Shown: positions 10,305 through 19,432, counted from the first letter of the stretch. The stretch: 39,501 nt of DNA from a virus (IMGVR_UViG_3300043447_000220:1-39501), one strand, 5' to 3'. A program made the numbers and translations. Notes: generated by a model from the sequence alone, not told the origin.

Positions 10305-12598
10305 TATTGTCTCCGAGAACGAAGCTGGTAGAAGCCCTCCCATTCAGCCGATTGGAACGCGCAGGGTAGATAGGAATCAGAAATGATTTCAATGTAGACC
10401 TGATCGCTCTTCGACATTACGGGAATCTTAAATGTCCCGTATTCGAGAGGAATTTTACCTAGGGTGTTGTTAATCGATCCAACCACGCGCCCAGTAAAGC
10501 GGGTCACGTATGGATCACGGTTCTTTGGATAAATCCAAGCCTCGAACAGACCAGTGTCGTAGTACACCAGAGACAAATTGCGAAGCTGCAAGCGCCCAAT
10601 TGTGATTGGTTCGTTTTCAGTCTTCATAACAATCTCAGAAAACCTGTAGCGGAACCTGTAGGGTACTCCAGCGTACACCGCGCCCTGCGTGAGATACGTT
10701 GGTACTTCATCCAGTGTGATGATCTTACCCTTGTACGTGACGTACTGGAGAGCAGCGTCAGTGTAGGGCACGGTAGTCATACCACCTGTCTGAAGCTTCA
10801 CACGACGATCAAGGTGCACTGGGAAGCCAGTAGCGGTCACCGCACGAGCATCATCACGAGAGAGGTTGATACGCTCAAGGTACACACCATCAGTACGCTG
10901 GATGAGCGCGTAGATGTCACTCATGTTGAAATCTACGTTCAGCACCTTGCCGCTGAATGTCCAACGAGACCAAGAGCTTTGCAGCTTCTCGCTCGCAGAC
11001 CAGTAGTAGCGGTACACGTAAACAGCGTTGGGGTCGTTCTCAGTGATTGCCAATAGTGTTTCCTCGTTGGAGGAAGCCACGAGCTTCTTGACCTCACCAG
11101 AGATGTACCGTGGGACGTGTGCGGTGATCTCCAAGGCGTTGGTGTTCGAGTCAGTCGTTTGTTCAACGTAGTACTCACGCACACCAGACCACGCTCCACG
11201 ACGGAACGCGAAGAACACGAAACGACCAGCACCCACAGGCTTCGCTCGAAGCGAGGCTTCAAACTGCGTAGACACGTCGATAGAGACGCTCTCAGGGGTC
11301 AGGAGGTCACCAGCCTTCACCACGAACTGCGTGAGGTCAGAGAACACCAGAAGCGACTCATTGAACGGCACAGCGTGTTTCAAGATCGACACTTGGTTGT
11401 TGGACACAGCCACGTCGATAGGGTTGCTATCGAGACCAGTGAGGGTCGTCTTGAGGAAGAAGTTGGTGTACTCACCAGCCTCAGAGAAGATTACGTTCTC
11501 GTCACTGAGGAAACCCAAGCGGTTGCGGTGGAAGAAGATGTCATTCAGCTTGCCACCAGTGAAGCTAGGGAAGGGGTTGGTGAAGTCATCACCCACGGTG
11601 CGATCATCCCAACCTGCCTGTTCAAGTTTGAAAGAGCCATCAGGCTGCTTCACAAGCTGGTGAGGCATCGTAGCCTTATCGAAGCCAAGCTCCATGTTGG
11701 ATGCAAGGTCTTCACGCCAAATCAGCGAGCCGTTACCTTGAGGGTCTTGTAGGGAGACGTAGTAGTCATCCTCTTGGTCTTTCGCGCTTCCCATCACTTT
11801 GACTTTGAAGCCGAGCTTGCCTGTAGGAGGCAGGTCGAGGAAGTCAGGTGCTTGCCCTTTGAAGCCTTTGATGAAGGTGTTACCGCGAGAGTCTTCAACG
11901 GTCATGGTGAAGTCACCTAGCCCGTCTTTACGCTTGATGTAGATGACGTTCTGGTAGATTTCGAAATCGAAGATACTTGTAGGCGTGTTAGCAACGAGTG
12001 CCGTACGCAGGTCGTTCGCAATCTTGTTTGTCTTCACGTCACTCTGGTTCGCTGCAACGCTCGCATCGAGAGTTGTCTTTGCGATGGTGGCGTTACCAGT
12101 GCCCCAGTTCAGGTTGATCTTGTAGTCCGTGAGGTAATCACCTTGACGGATGTAGACCAATGCCTCTGGAGCACGAGCCTCAGACTTAGCAGTACGCTTC
12201 GCAACGGTCTTTGTTTTGTTGACGATGAAAGTGTAGTCAGCAATCGAGGTTGCGGTGATCTGATTGAGTGGGTCAGTAAGACCAGCAAAGTAAGTAGCGT
12301 CGCCAGTGACTGTGCGCTGATTACCGTCCTTGTCATACACCAGCACCTGTGTGGGGGTGATGATCAGAACGTAGAATTCTTTTTCATCGCGACGGATTGT
12401 GTGGATAAATGCGTTGTCCAGAGCAGTGACACCCGCAAGCTTTGCGACGTGTTCAGTTGGAGGGCGCTTCCGCAATCCATCGACGACAGTGGACAGCCCG
12501 TTCTCTTGAACCTCAGCCTGAGTCTTCAGACGGAGCGATGGGGGCTGTTGAGACACCCCGTTGATCAAGTTGGGGATGGATTCGGAAATAAGCGACAT
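10304..12598 (-). CDS. Tail tubular protein B (nozzle), gp12-like (764 aa)
   Basis: SIPNLINGVSQQP start, FFHRNRLGFLSDENVIFS, QSSWSRWTF, SAEWEG motifs. Confidence 0.93.
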   Translation of the reverse strand: MSLISESIPNLINGVSQQPPSLRLKTQAEVQENGLSTVVDGLRKRPPTEHVAKLAGVTALDNAFIHTIRRDEKEFYVLIITPTQVLVYDKDGNQRTVTGDATYFAGLTDPLNQITATSIADYTFIVNKTKTVAKRTAKSEARAPEALVYIRQGDYLTDYKINLNWGTGNATIAKTTLDASVAANQSDVKTNKIANDLRTALVANTPTSIFDFEIYQNVIYIKRKDGLGDFTMTVEDSRGNTFIKGFKGQAPDFLDLPPTGKLGFKVKVMGSAKDQEDDYYVSLQDPQGNGSLIWREDLASNMELGFDKATMPHQLVKQPDGSFKLEQAGWDDRTVGDDFTNPFPSFTGGKLNDIFFHRNRLGFLSDENVIFSEAGEYTNFFLKTTLTGLDSNPIDVAVSNNQVSILKHAVPFNESLLVFSDLTQFVVKAGDLLTPESVSIDVSTQFEASLRAKPVGAGRFVFFAFRRGAWSGVREYYVEQTTDSNTNALEITAHVPRYISGEVKKLVASSNEETLLAITENDPNAVYVYRYYWSASEKLQSSWSRWTFSGKVLNVDFNMSDIYALIQRTDGVYLERINLSRDDARAVTATGFPVHLDRRVKLQTGGMTTVPYTDAALQYVTYKGKIITLDEVPTYLTQGAVYAGVPYRFRYRFSEIVMKTENEPITIGRLQLRNLSLVYYDTGLFEAWIYPKNRDPYVTRFTGRVVGSINNTLGKIPLEYGTFKIPVMSKSDQVYIEIISDSYLPCAFQSAEWEGFYQLRSRRQ

Positions 12599-12600
12599 CC

Positions 12601-13197
12601 TTAACCTCGTCGAATAGAAGTAGAGATATTTCGATTCAGTACACGCGAAACGGCGTAGTTATCGAAAATGGTGTAGTCACCAGTGTCAGCCTCAGCGTCC
12701 TTCATTTCCACCAGTGCCCACGTTTCATCCTTCTCTTGGAAGCCATGAAGTGTGTCGGAGCCAACTGTGCGGTCTTGGAAGGTGCGGGAAGCTTTGACGG
12801 TGATGTAGTGTCGTGCCGCCTCAGGCAGCAGTTCAAAATCGAGGAAGACAACAATGTCGAGTTCGACAGTCTTTCCGATGGCGTACGAGTGCGATAGCAG
12901 GTCGTACATTCTGTTACCACGCTGCACGAGGTCAAACTCACCTGTCTCAACGCTAAGGTCAGCCTTAAGAGCGTTCGAGGGTAGAATGATTTCGCCAGAG
13001 GTGGTCGCAGGGGTGATGCGATATTTCTTTTCGGTATTGAACTTCCACCCACGGGACTGAATTTCTCGGCTGGTTGCGTTGAGAATCATTTCAGCCATCT
13101 CAGCGTCTACCAAGCCAGACTCCAAGCTGTTTACGGGTGTCTCGCCAATACTCGAAAGCATGATGTTGATTGCTTCAAGTGTAGAGGTAGGGGTCAT
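12601..13197 (-). CDS. Tail tubular protein A (adaptor), gp11-like
   Basis: Start at ATG 13197 (MTPTSTLEAINIMLSSIGETPVNSL); IQSRGWKFNTE and FELLPEAARHYI motifs. Confidence 0.92.
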   Translation of the reverse strand: MTPTSTLEAINIMLSSIGETPVNSLESGLVDAEMAEMILNATSREIQSRGWKFNTEKKYRITPATTSGEIILPSNALKADLSVETGEFDLVQRGNRMYDLLSHSYAIGKTVELDIVVFLDFELLPEAARHYITVKASRTFQDRTVGSDTLHGFQEKDETWALVEMKDAEADTGDYTIFDNYAVSRVLNRNISTSIRRG

Positions 13198-13213
13198 AAA
13201 AATTCCAATATCG

Positions 13214-13249
13214 AAAAAAAAGGGAGACCCCATTTCTGGAGTCCCCCTT
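13214..13249 (-). terminator. T-phi-like terminator after the major capsid gene
   Basis: Minus strand AAGGGGGACTCC-AGAAAT-GGGGTCTCCC-TTTTTTTT; same position as T7 T-phi. Confidence 0.9.
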
Positions 13250-13253
13250 AGTT

Positions 13254-14279
13254 TTAGGCAGACAAAATTGCCTGAGCGCAAGCAGGGCGCAGGATGTTGT
13301 GACCCATCGCGTACTTCGCGACGATCAGCGTACCCTGACGCTCGATCTGGTACTCAGACTCAACGCCCAAGTCCATCAGCTTAACGGTAGCGGCTGCATC
13401 AGGAGTGAAGATCAAACCCTTCACCTTGCTGAAGTCAGCTTTGTACTTACCAGCGCGGCTAGTAGTGATTGGAGCCTGATCACCGTCAGACAGAGTAGTG
13501 CTCTGGTTGCTCTGAGGGAGGTGGTTAGACATCATCACAGGCAAGCCAGCGATCATAGGAACCATGCGACCAGCAACAGAGCCAGCACCGCCAACGTCCT
13601 TATGCAACCAAGTAGCCTTGGTCACGTCAGACACGTTCAACAGTGCGTAGTACTGCTCAGGAGCCAACACCACAACGGCGTTCTCGAAGGGGATGTTCTT
13701 CTTAGAGAACTCTTCGACAGCCTTGTAGATCGCAGAAACGATCTTGTTAGGGTCTGTAGCGTCACCAGCAACAGTACCGATGGTCTGGTTGGCGGTGTAA
13801 GACTCGTCGTCGAATGCAGTACCAAATTCGGCAGCAGCCTTGGTAGCGTCAGTGATGAACGCAGCCTTAGCGATGGTACGGAACACGTTACGGTCAGCCT
13901 GACGTGCCAAAGCAGCGCCGCTTTCCTTCGCGTAGATACCGCGCACATCGTAGTGGTTCATTGCCTCGTCGATGTTCGCGATGAACACAGGGCTGATCAG
14001 CAAGTCGTCGATAGTCACAACGCGCTCGCCATGCTTGACTTTCTTAGGGTCAATCATTGCGCCAGCGGTGTGGTATTCAGCAGTTGCGTAACCAGTCAGA
14101 GGGAACGATGCGGATTTGCCTTTGCTGATCGTACGGTTACGATGCAGGGGCATACCAATGTTAGTGTGCTCAAATGCGGTGAGAACTTCACCAGCAAAGA
14201 GTTTGAGGAACAACTCGCGATCATCACCAGCAGCGTTGAACTGACCAAGGCGAGACGGAGCGTAATCGGGCAAAGCCAT
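13254..14279 (-). CDS. Major capsid protein, gp10-like (341 aa)
   Basis: LFLKLFAGEVLTAF, RTISKGKSASFP, IDDLL...IDEAMNHYDVR, KYAMGHNILRP motifs. Confidence 0.96.
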   Translation of the reverse strand: MALPDYAPSRLGQFNAAGDDRELFLKLFAGEVLTAFEHTNIGMPLHRNRTISKGKSASFPLTGYATAEYHTAGAMIDPKKVKHGERVVTIDDLLISPVFIANIDEAMNHYDVRGIYAKESGAALARQADRNVFRTIAKAAFITDATKAAAEFGTAFDDESYTANQTIGTVAGDATDPNKIVSAIYKAVEEFSKKNIPFENAVVVLAPEQYYALLNVSDVTKATWLHKDVGGAGSVAGRMVPMIAGLPVMMSNHLPQSNQSTTLSDGDQAPITTSRAGKYKADFSKVKGLIFTPDAAATVKLMDLGVESEYQIERQGTLIVAKYAMGHNILRPACAQAILSA

Positions 14280-14422
14280 ATTAGCTTCCTTTCAAAAAGT
14301 TTGTACTAAGAATGGAAACGATTGTTTCCGTGGTTAGAACAACAACTTCTTTCTCGGTTTCATTCAGGATTATCCACCGCAGTGGGTCGAGAGTTACTTC
14401 TTTGAATTCTTGTCATTGTCTG

Positions 14423-14444
14423 AAAAGAGACCCCCGAAGGGGTC
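14423..14444 (-). terminator. Intrinsic terminator between the scaffold and capsid genes
   Basis: Minus strand GACCCC-TTCG-GGGGTC-TCTTTT (cUUCGg tetraloop). Confidence 0.7.
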
Positions 14445-14459
14445 AAAGGGATCAGGAAT

Positions 14460-15245
14460 TTACAGGATGTTCGAGTTGCGGAGTTTATTCGCAACTGTCG
14501 ATCTGTACGCAGGGTCAGTCTCGTATCTCGGATCACTCATGTCCTTAGTAAGTTGCGCCAAGGATTGATAAGAACCTGCCGAGTTACCGCCGCTCTGTCC
14601 TTGGACAAAGTTAGGCATGGTTCCAACGTCGGAACGATAACGAGCTTGTAGACCACGGATTGCGAAAATCGCCTGATCAAGGTCTTGGGTTTCCAAAGAG
14701 GCGTTGTAAGCCGCGATCTCACCTTCGGTAAGATTGGCTTGTGCCCATTGGACGATTTGTGCGTATGCTTGTTCGCCGCCTACAGAGGACAAAGCGGTGT
14801 TTCGAATTTGCGACGCGATTGCGGTTTGACCTTCGATGTAGGTGTCCACAATCTTGCGATGGATGCCAGCCTGTTCAAGCGCTTGATACGCTTCGTTAGA
14901 CAGCCCACCTGTTTGCAGTACTTCCTGAGCAAAGGCATCAAAGTTCAAGCCCTTGTCATCAAGGAATTGAGCAGCCTCACCCATCGAGAATTGGTTCGGA
15001 TCATTCTCACCAGTGACATCTGGTTCAGCATTTTGCTGACCCAAACGACTCTCTAGTTCAGAATAGGCTTTTGCCAAATCTTCTGCGGATTGAAATTTCT
15101 CTGGGAGCCATTGAGGACGGTCACCAGCAGCAGCAGGGTTGCCAGACTGAGGAGGCGTTTGCCCCTCAGCCTTGGCGATCATTGCAGCAGCATGGTTAGG
15201 GTCTTCTGTGGTTTCACCTTGAAAAGTGTTTACAGTGTCTACCAT
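14460..15245 (-). CDS. Capsid assembly scaffolding protein, gp9-like (261 aa)
   Basis: RPQWLPEKFQSAEDLAKAYSELE, VGGEQAY..IVQWA, MSDPRYETDPAYR motifs. Confidence 0.93.
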   Translation of the reverse strand: MVDTVNTFQGETTEDPNHAAAMIAKAEGQTPPQSGNPAAAGDRPQWLPEKFQSAEDLAKAYSELESRLGQQNAEPDVTGENDPNQFSMGEAAQFLDDKGLNFDAFAQEVLQTGGLSNEAYQALEQAGIHRKIVDTYIEGQTAIASQIRNTALSSVGGEQAYAQIVQWAQANLTEGEIAAYNASLETQDLDQAIFAIRGLQARYRSDVGTMPNFVQGQSGGNSAGSYQSLAQLTKDMSDPRYETDPAYRSTVANKLRNSNIL

Positions 15246-15263
15246 GTATTTTCCTGATCTATT

Positions 15264-16160
15264 TTAATATCTACTTGTCCAGAAACCGCCAGTACCTGTT
15301 CGTACAGCTTTTCCAGAACCATCACGCACAAAATTCAAACCTTGTGCTTTGATCTTCTTCCACTCATTGAAGCCAGCGATGTCTTTTGCATCACCGCCGT
15401 CAGCTTTGAAGCCTTCGAAGTTCTTGATTTCAGCGTCAAACTGAGGGTCTGGGCGCATCTGCTCGTGCTCAGGAATATCCATGTTGCCGCTACCTTGAAC
15501 GGACACAGAATTATTCTGAGACGACACTACTGCCGCTGGAGCTTTTTCAGGCTCTGCTTCAACCTTCTTGGTCGAACCAGTACCAACTCTGGTGGTGCGT
15601 CCATTACCTAGGACTTTCACAGAGGCTGCTGGCTTCACTTCAGGAGTGTCAGCGACCTCCGAGGTGTCCACAGTGGGAGCCTCAGCTTTCTGAGAAGAAC
15701 CAGCAAGCTGCGCTGTACTGGTGATAGTAGCAGCTTTGCCTACCATGTCCTTGAGCTTGGACGGCGTAGCAGCATACTTAGGGTCGATGGTTTTCTTACC
15801 TGTGACGGTCACTGCGCGAGAACCCTGAGTTGCCAAAGGGTAGTTTGGCAGACGAGCCGTACCAGACGAATCGACCTTGATCGAGCCACCAGCACTAGGC
15901 TTTGGAACTGCTTGACCAGCCCGACTTACCGTACCCGCAGAGTCAACTACGAAGTCTGGTTTAGACGGGGCTTCTGGTTTTTTGAAATAGGACTTTGCAG
16001 CACCTACAGCATCGTCAGCGAGTTCCTTACCTTTGGTTGCCGCTTTGGAAGCGTATTTACTTCCAGCGGCTAAGGCGGTTGCCCCGTAGCGTTTTACTGC
16101 TTGACCTGCGGCTGTCCTAGCGACGGTTAAACCTAACGCCATTGCAAGAGGGAGAGCCAT
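15264..16160 (-). CDS. Hypothetical Ala/Lys/Thr-rich protein between portal and scaffold (298 aa)
   Basis: Long ORF with TAATG coupling to the portal stop; no recognisable domain. Confidence 0.75.
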   Translation of the reverse strand: MALPLAMALGLTVARTAAGQAVKRYGATALAAGSKYASKAATKGKELADDAVGAAKSYFKKPEAPSKPDFVVDSAGTVSRAGQAVPKPSAGGSIKVDSSGTARLPNYPLATQGSRAVTVTGKKTIDPKYAATPSKLKDMVGKAATITSTAQLAGSSQKAEAPTVDTSEVADTPEVKPAASVKVLGNGRTTRVGTGSTKKVEAEPEKAPAAVVSSQNNSVSVQGSGNMDIPEHEQMRPDPQFDAEIKNFEGFKADGGDAKDIAGFNEWKKIKAQGLNFVRDGSGKAVRTGTGGFWTSRY

Positions 16161-17710
16161 TATTGTTCACCTTGTTGTTGTTTCATCATCCCCTGAACTA
16201 CGTGAGGAGCCGACTTCCCAATCACATCTTTCATCATGTCCTGCATCTGAGCGGCATTCTGGCGAGCCATTGCAGCTTGCTGTTCTGCCATCTTCTGTTC
16301 AGGAGTTTTGATAAGACCATCGGTGTCGATACCTAGAGACGCGCCAAGGCGGTCAATGTAGTCACCAATGTTGAGTTCCTGAGCGATAATGTCAGGGCTG
16401 AGAGGTTGGAGGAACTTCAGGAATGTCGCGAGCTTGTTCAGGTCTTGACCACGACCAAGCGCCTCCATGCCTGTGATGATTTGGGGCTTCAAAGTGCCCT
16501 TTGGCATCATCGGCATCTTGCCTTGCATTTCGAGGCGAGAGAGGATGTTTGCGATCAGCGGAAGCTGGAGTTCTTGGGATAGAATGGAATACACACCGCC
16601 GAGGGCGCTTTCGAGTTCCTGAGCCATGTAACGGACTTCTTCAGCCGTCACACGTTCAGCGTCACGCTGTACGGATGTGTTCAAAAGAAACGCGAAGGCG
16701 AGGCGTTCAGCGATGGACTTTGCCGTCTCTTGGGCAATCCGAAGGTCGGCTTGCTTTTCCAATTGGAGGACAGTCACATCGTCTTTATTGCCTTGCACGA
16801 ACGCACCGTTGGGCGCATCCGCTAGTACCTTCATCTTGGTAGTACCGTTGGGTCGTACCAAGAACAAGATTTTTGCAGCCGCAGCGCTGCCTTCGACGAT
16901 TGCTTGCGAGAGTGCTTCGAGAGACGAGAGGTCACCAAAGTACTCTTCAATGTACCCGCGACCATAGTCTTCACCATCCACGCGAATGAATCGCAGCGGG
17001 ATGAATGGACATTTGTCCACGGGAACCTTACCCATGCTATCTGGGACGACTTTGCCGTCAACTTCTTGGAGCATATTCCAGAAGCCGTTTTCAAGATAAC
17101 AGTAGGTGTATAAATCTAAATTGCGTTGCCCTTTATCGTTTGGATCAGTCAGCAGAGCCTTCGCCGCCTGTGGGAGCATTTGAGGCGATACGCTTTCTTT
17201 GGTAGCAATCTCAAGGACGTTACCCATAGCGTCGCGCTTCACCACGAAGCGATCTAAGCGGAATACCCTGATACCACCCGCAGGAGGCACATACATGAGC
17301 GCATTACCAGCTACAATAAGCTGGCGCAGTGCTTCATAGGTAGGGACACGCATTGCAGAGGTTTCGATCTCTTGCATTGCAGTCCGCTCAATCTTGGCAA
17401 GCCCCTTTTCCATAGCTCCGCGCTTGTTCTGAGCGATGAGGGCTTGGGTAGCCTCGTCGATACTCAGACGGAAGAACGGGGAGTTAGGGGGGAGCAGGGC
17501 TAGGAGAAGCTTAGAGGCGAGGTTGTTCACGCCACGCGCCCCCACAGCCTGAAAAGGTGTGGGGAAGTCGCTAGACGAAGTGTGACCAGCCTTAGGGAGC
17601 AAGGAAGGGATTGTGAGTTCCGCAGACTTACGACCACGGCTCAGGAATACTTCACGCTCGGCTTCAAGTTGACTGTAACGATGAGCAACCGATTGGGTTG
17701 CTTGATTCAT
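16160..17710 (-). CDS. Head-tail connector (portal), gp8-like (516 aa)
   Basis: PFQAVGARGVNNLASKLLLALLPP, GEDYGRG, ERVTAEEVR, ELESALGGVYS motifs. Confidence 0.96.
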   Translation of the reverse strand: MNQATQSVAHRYSQLEAEREVFLSRGRKSAELTIPSLLPKAGHTSSSDFPTPFQAVGARGVNNLASKLLLALLPPNSPFFRLSIDEATQALIAQNKRGAMEKGLAKIERTAMQEIETSAMRVPTYEALRQLIVAGNALMYVPPAGGIRVFRLDRFVVKRDAMGNVLEIATKESVSPQMLPQAAKALLTDPNDKGQRNLDLYTYCYLENGFWNMLQEVDGKVVPDSMGKVPVDKCPFIPLRFIRVDGEDYGRGYIEEYFGDLSSLEALSQAIVEGSAAAAKILFLVRPNGTTKMKVLADAPNGAFVQGNKDDVTVLQLEKQADLRIAQETAKSIAERLAFAFLLNTSVQRDAERVTAEEVRYMAQELESALGGVYSILSQELQLPLIANILSRLEMQGKMPMMPKGTLKPQIITGMEALGRGQDLNKLATFLKFLQPLSPDIIAQELNIGDYIDRLGASLGIDTDGLIKTPEQKMAEQQAAMARQNAAQMQDMMKDVIGKSAPHVVQGMMKQQQGEQ

Positions 17711-17711
17711 T

Positions 17712-17960
17712 TTAGCCCCTAGGTTGAGGGATATTCAGACCAGTTGCGCCATTGCCGCCCACGTTGGCGACAGAGACATCAACCCGCATATTCTTACGGG
17801 CATCGGCACGACGGCTACCGCGCTGCTGCGCTGCCGAGGAAGTACCTTCACCTGCTGTTTGAGGGGTTGGAGCGCTTGCTGGAGTTGGTGCAACAGCTAC
17901 TGCTGCTGCGGGGTTTGCTTTGGGTTGCGATTGACCGCCACCACCACCACCACCACACAT
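17712..17960 (-). CDS. Small virion protein, gp7.3-like
   Basis: MCGGGGGG start, basic C-terminal half ending GLNIP; GGAG RBS; immediately before portal. Confidence 0.7.
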   Translation of the reverse strand: MCGGGGGGGQSQPKANPAAAVAVAPTPASAPTPQTAGEGTSSAAQQRGSRRADARKNMRVDVSVANVGGNGATGLNIPQPRG

Positions 17961-17970
17961 AGTTTTCTCC

Positions 17971-18180
17971 TTAGGTTGGGATATTCAGACCGCTCAATCC
18001 GTTAGGAGAGGCTGTGGAATCTACACGGTACTTCTTTGTACCTTTGGCTTTGCTGCTAATTTCCTCCGAACGACGCTTGGTCTTCGTGGACAACTCCAAG
18101 TCAGGCGGTGCTGCGGCAGGAGCGGCAGGAGCGGCTGGTTCGGGAGTAGCAGGGGCGCTAGGTGCATCTGCGAGGCACAT
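17971..18180 (-). CDS. Small virion protein, gp6.7/gp7.3-like
   Basis: Start ATG 18180 (MCLADAPSAP), Pro/Ala-rich, basic, ends GLNIPT; AGGA RBS. Confidence 0.7.
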   Translation of the reverse strand: MCLADAPSAPATPEPAAPAAPAAAPPDLELSTKTKRRSEEISSKAKGTKKYRVDSTASPNGLSGLNIPT

Positions 18181-18181
18181 A

Positions 18182-18358
18182 TCAATTTTCCTGTTCAAAT
18201 AGGTCGAGTAAGAATTCCACTACACTCCGTTGTCCTTGCAGGTAGCGGAGACGCTCAACTGAAATGGCAGGATCGGTGGGGAGTTTGTTCGGAAAACTCT
18301 CGTCCAGATAATTAAGTAACTCCTTGGATAAAGGAGGCTTTCTTTGGCGTTCACTCAT
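18182..18358 (-). CDS. Conserved small protein at the gp6.5 position (58 aa)
   Basis: Start ATG 18358; LLNYLDESFP...LRYLQGQRSVVEFL pattern. The ORF-track extension runs through the tRNA and was discarded. Confidence 0.7.
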   Translation of the reverse strand: MSERQRKPPLSKELLNYLDESFPNKLPTDPAISVERLRYLQGQRSVVEFLLDLFEQEN

Positions 18359-18395
18359 AAAAACGTCCGATAACGATGAAAAATAGAAAAAGGGG

Positions 18396-18469
18396 CATAG
18401 GGGGAGGGATTCGAACCCCCAACCTACGGTTTTGGAGACCGTCGCTCTGCCAATTGCAGCTACCCCCAC
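18396..18469 (-). tRNA. tRNA-Trp(CCA), atypical; 3' CCA not encoded
   Basis: Cloverleaf: acceptor GTGGGGG/CCCCTAT, anticodon arm ACGGT-CTCCAAA-ACCGT, T arm GGGGG-TTCGAAT-CCCTC, discriminator G. Confidence 0.85.
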
Positions 18470-18476
18470 ACTTGTT

Positions 18477-19430
18477 TTACCAGCCCCACTCGCCACTCAT
18501 TCCAGCGGCGTTGTAGTCCGTGACGGTTCCCTCGAAGAAGTTCTTAAGGGAATCACCGTTGACGACCCAATCGAGCCACGGAATCGGGTTCGTCTTGACC
18601 CCGAAGTTACCTTTGAGTCCGAGCTGGATAAGACGACGATCTGCGATGTAGCGGATGTAGTCTTTGACTTCTTGCTGTTTGAGACCTTCGATTTCGCTTT
18701 TCTCACTATAAGCCAAGTCGATAACCTTATCCTCCAGAGCCACAGCATCGCGGAACATCTGGTAAATAGACTTCTTGAACTCATCAGTGACTACCTTTGG
18801 GTGCTCATTACAAAACTCACGGAACAACCGTGTCATACCCTCGACGTGCATAGACTCGTCGCGGATAGACCATTCGACAATCTCGCACATCCCCTTCATC
18901 TTGCCCACGCGCTGGTAGTTCAGCAGCATGATGAAGGCTGAGAACAAGCTCATGCCCTCATTACAGGCTGACTGCGCCAGTGCCTTGCCCAACCCATGAA
19001 GGGTGTGGGTGTCGGCATCTTGCATGAATTCGATTTTGGTCTTCAGTTCTTCGTATTCGAGGAACGCTCGATACTCTTCCTCAGGGAGACCTAGGGTGTC
19101 GTTCAGCAGCGCGTAGGCGCGTTGATGCACGAACTCTCGGTTCACGAAGCTGGTGAGCATGGCACGAATCTCGTTGTTCTTGAATTTGGGCAAGAACAGG
19201 TTGATGTAGTTTGTGCCCACCGCCACGTCAGACTGAGTGAAGAGACGCAGAATTGAGGTGATGTGGTTCTTTTCTTCTGGGGTGATTTGACCACCCTTCC
19301 ATTGGGCTACATCTTCATGCAGCTTGGCTTCCCACTCGCCCCAATGGATTTTTTCGTGGGATGTCGCGAAGTCCACCGCCCAAGGGTACTTGAACGGTTT
19401 GTACGCTGTTGATTCAGTTTGTAGGCTCAT
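18477..19430 (-). CDS. nrdB: Ribonucleotide reductase class Ia beta subunit
   Basis: YKPFKYPWA, FTQSD, REFVHQRAY (radical Tyr), EGMSLFSAF, SIRDESMH, NFFE; start ATG 19430. Confidence 0.95.
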   Translation of the reverse strand: MSLQTESTAYKPFKYPWAVDFATSHEKIHWGEWEAKLHEDVAQWKGGQITPEEKNHITSILRLFTQSDVAVGTNYINLFLPKFKNNEIRAMLTSFVNREFVHQRAYALLNDTLGLPEEEYRAFLEYEELKTKIEFMQDADTHTLHGLGKALAQSACNEGMSLFSAFIMLLNYQRVGKMKGMCEIVEWSIRDESMHVEGMTRLFREFCNEHPKVVTDEFKKSIYQMFRDAVALEDKVIDLAYSEKSEIEGLKQQEVKDYIRYIADRRLIQLGLKGNFGVKTNPIPWLDWVVNGDSLKNFFEGTVTDYNAAGMSGEWGW

Positions 19431-19432
19431 AT

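Noticed and set aside
14350-14375. Hammerhead ribozyme core (CTGAATGA...GAAA) in the capsid leader
   Set aside because: Does not match CUGANGA spacing and there is no stem II between the core segments.
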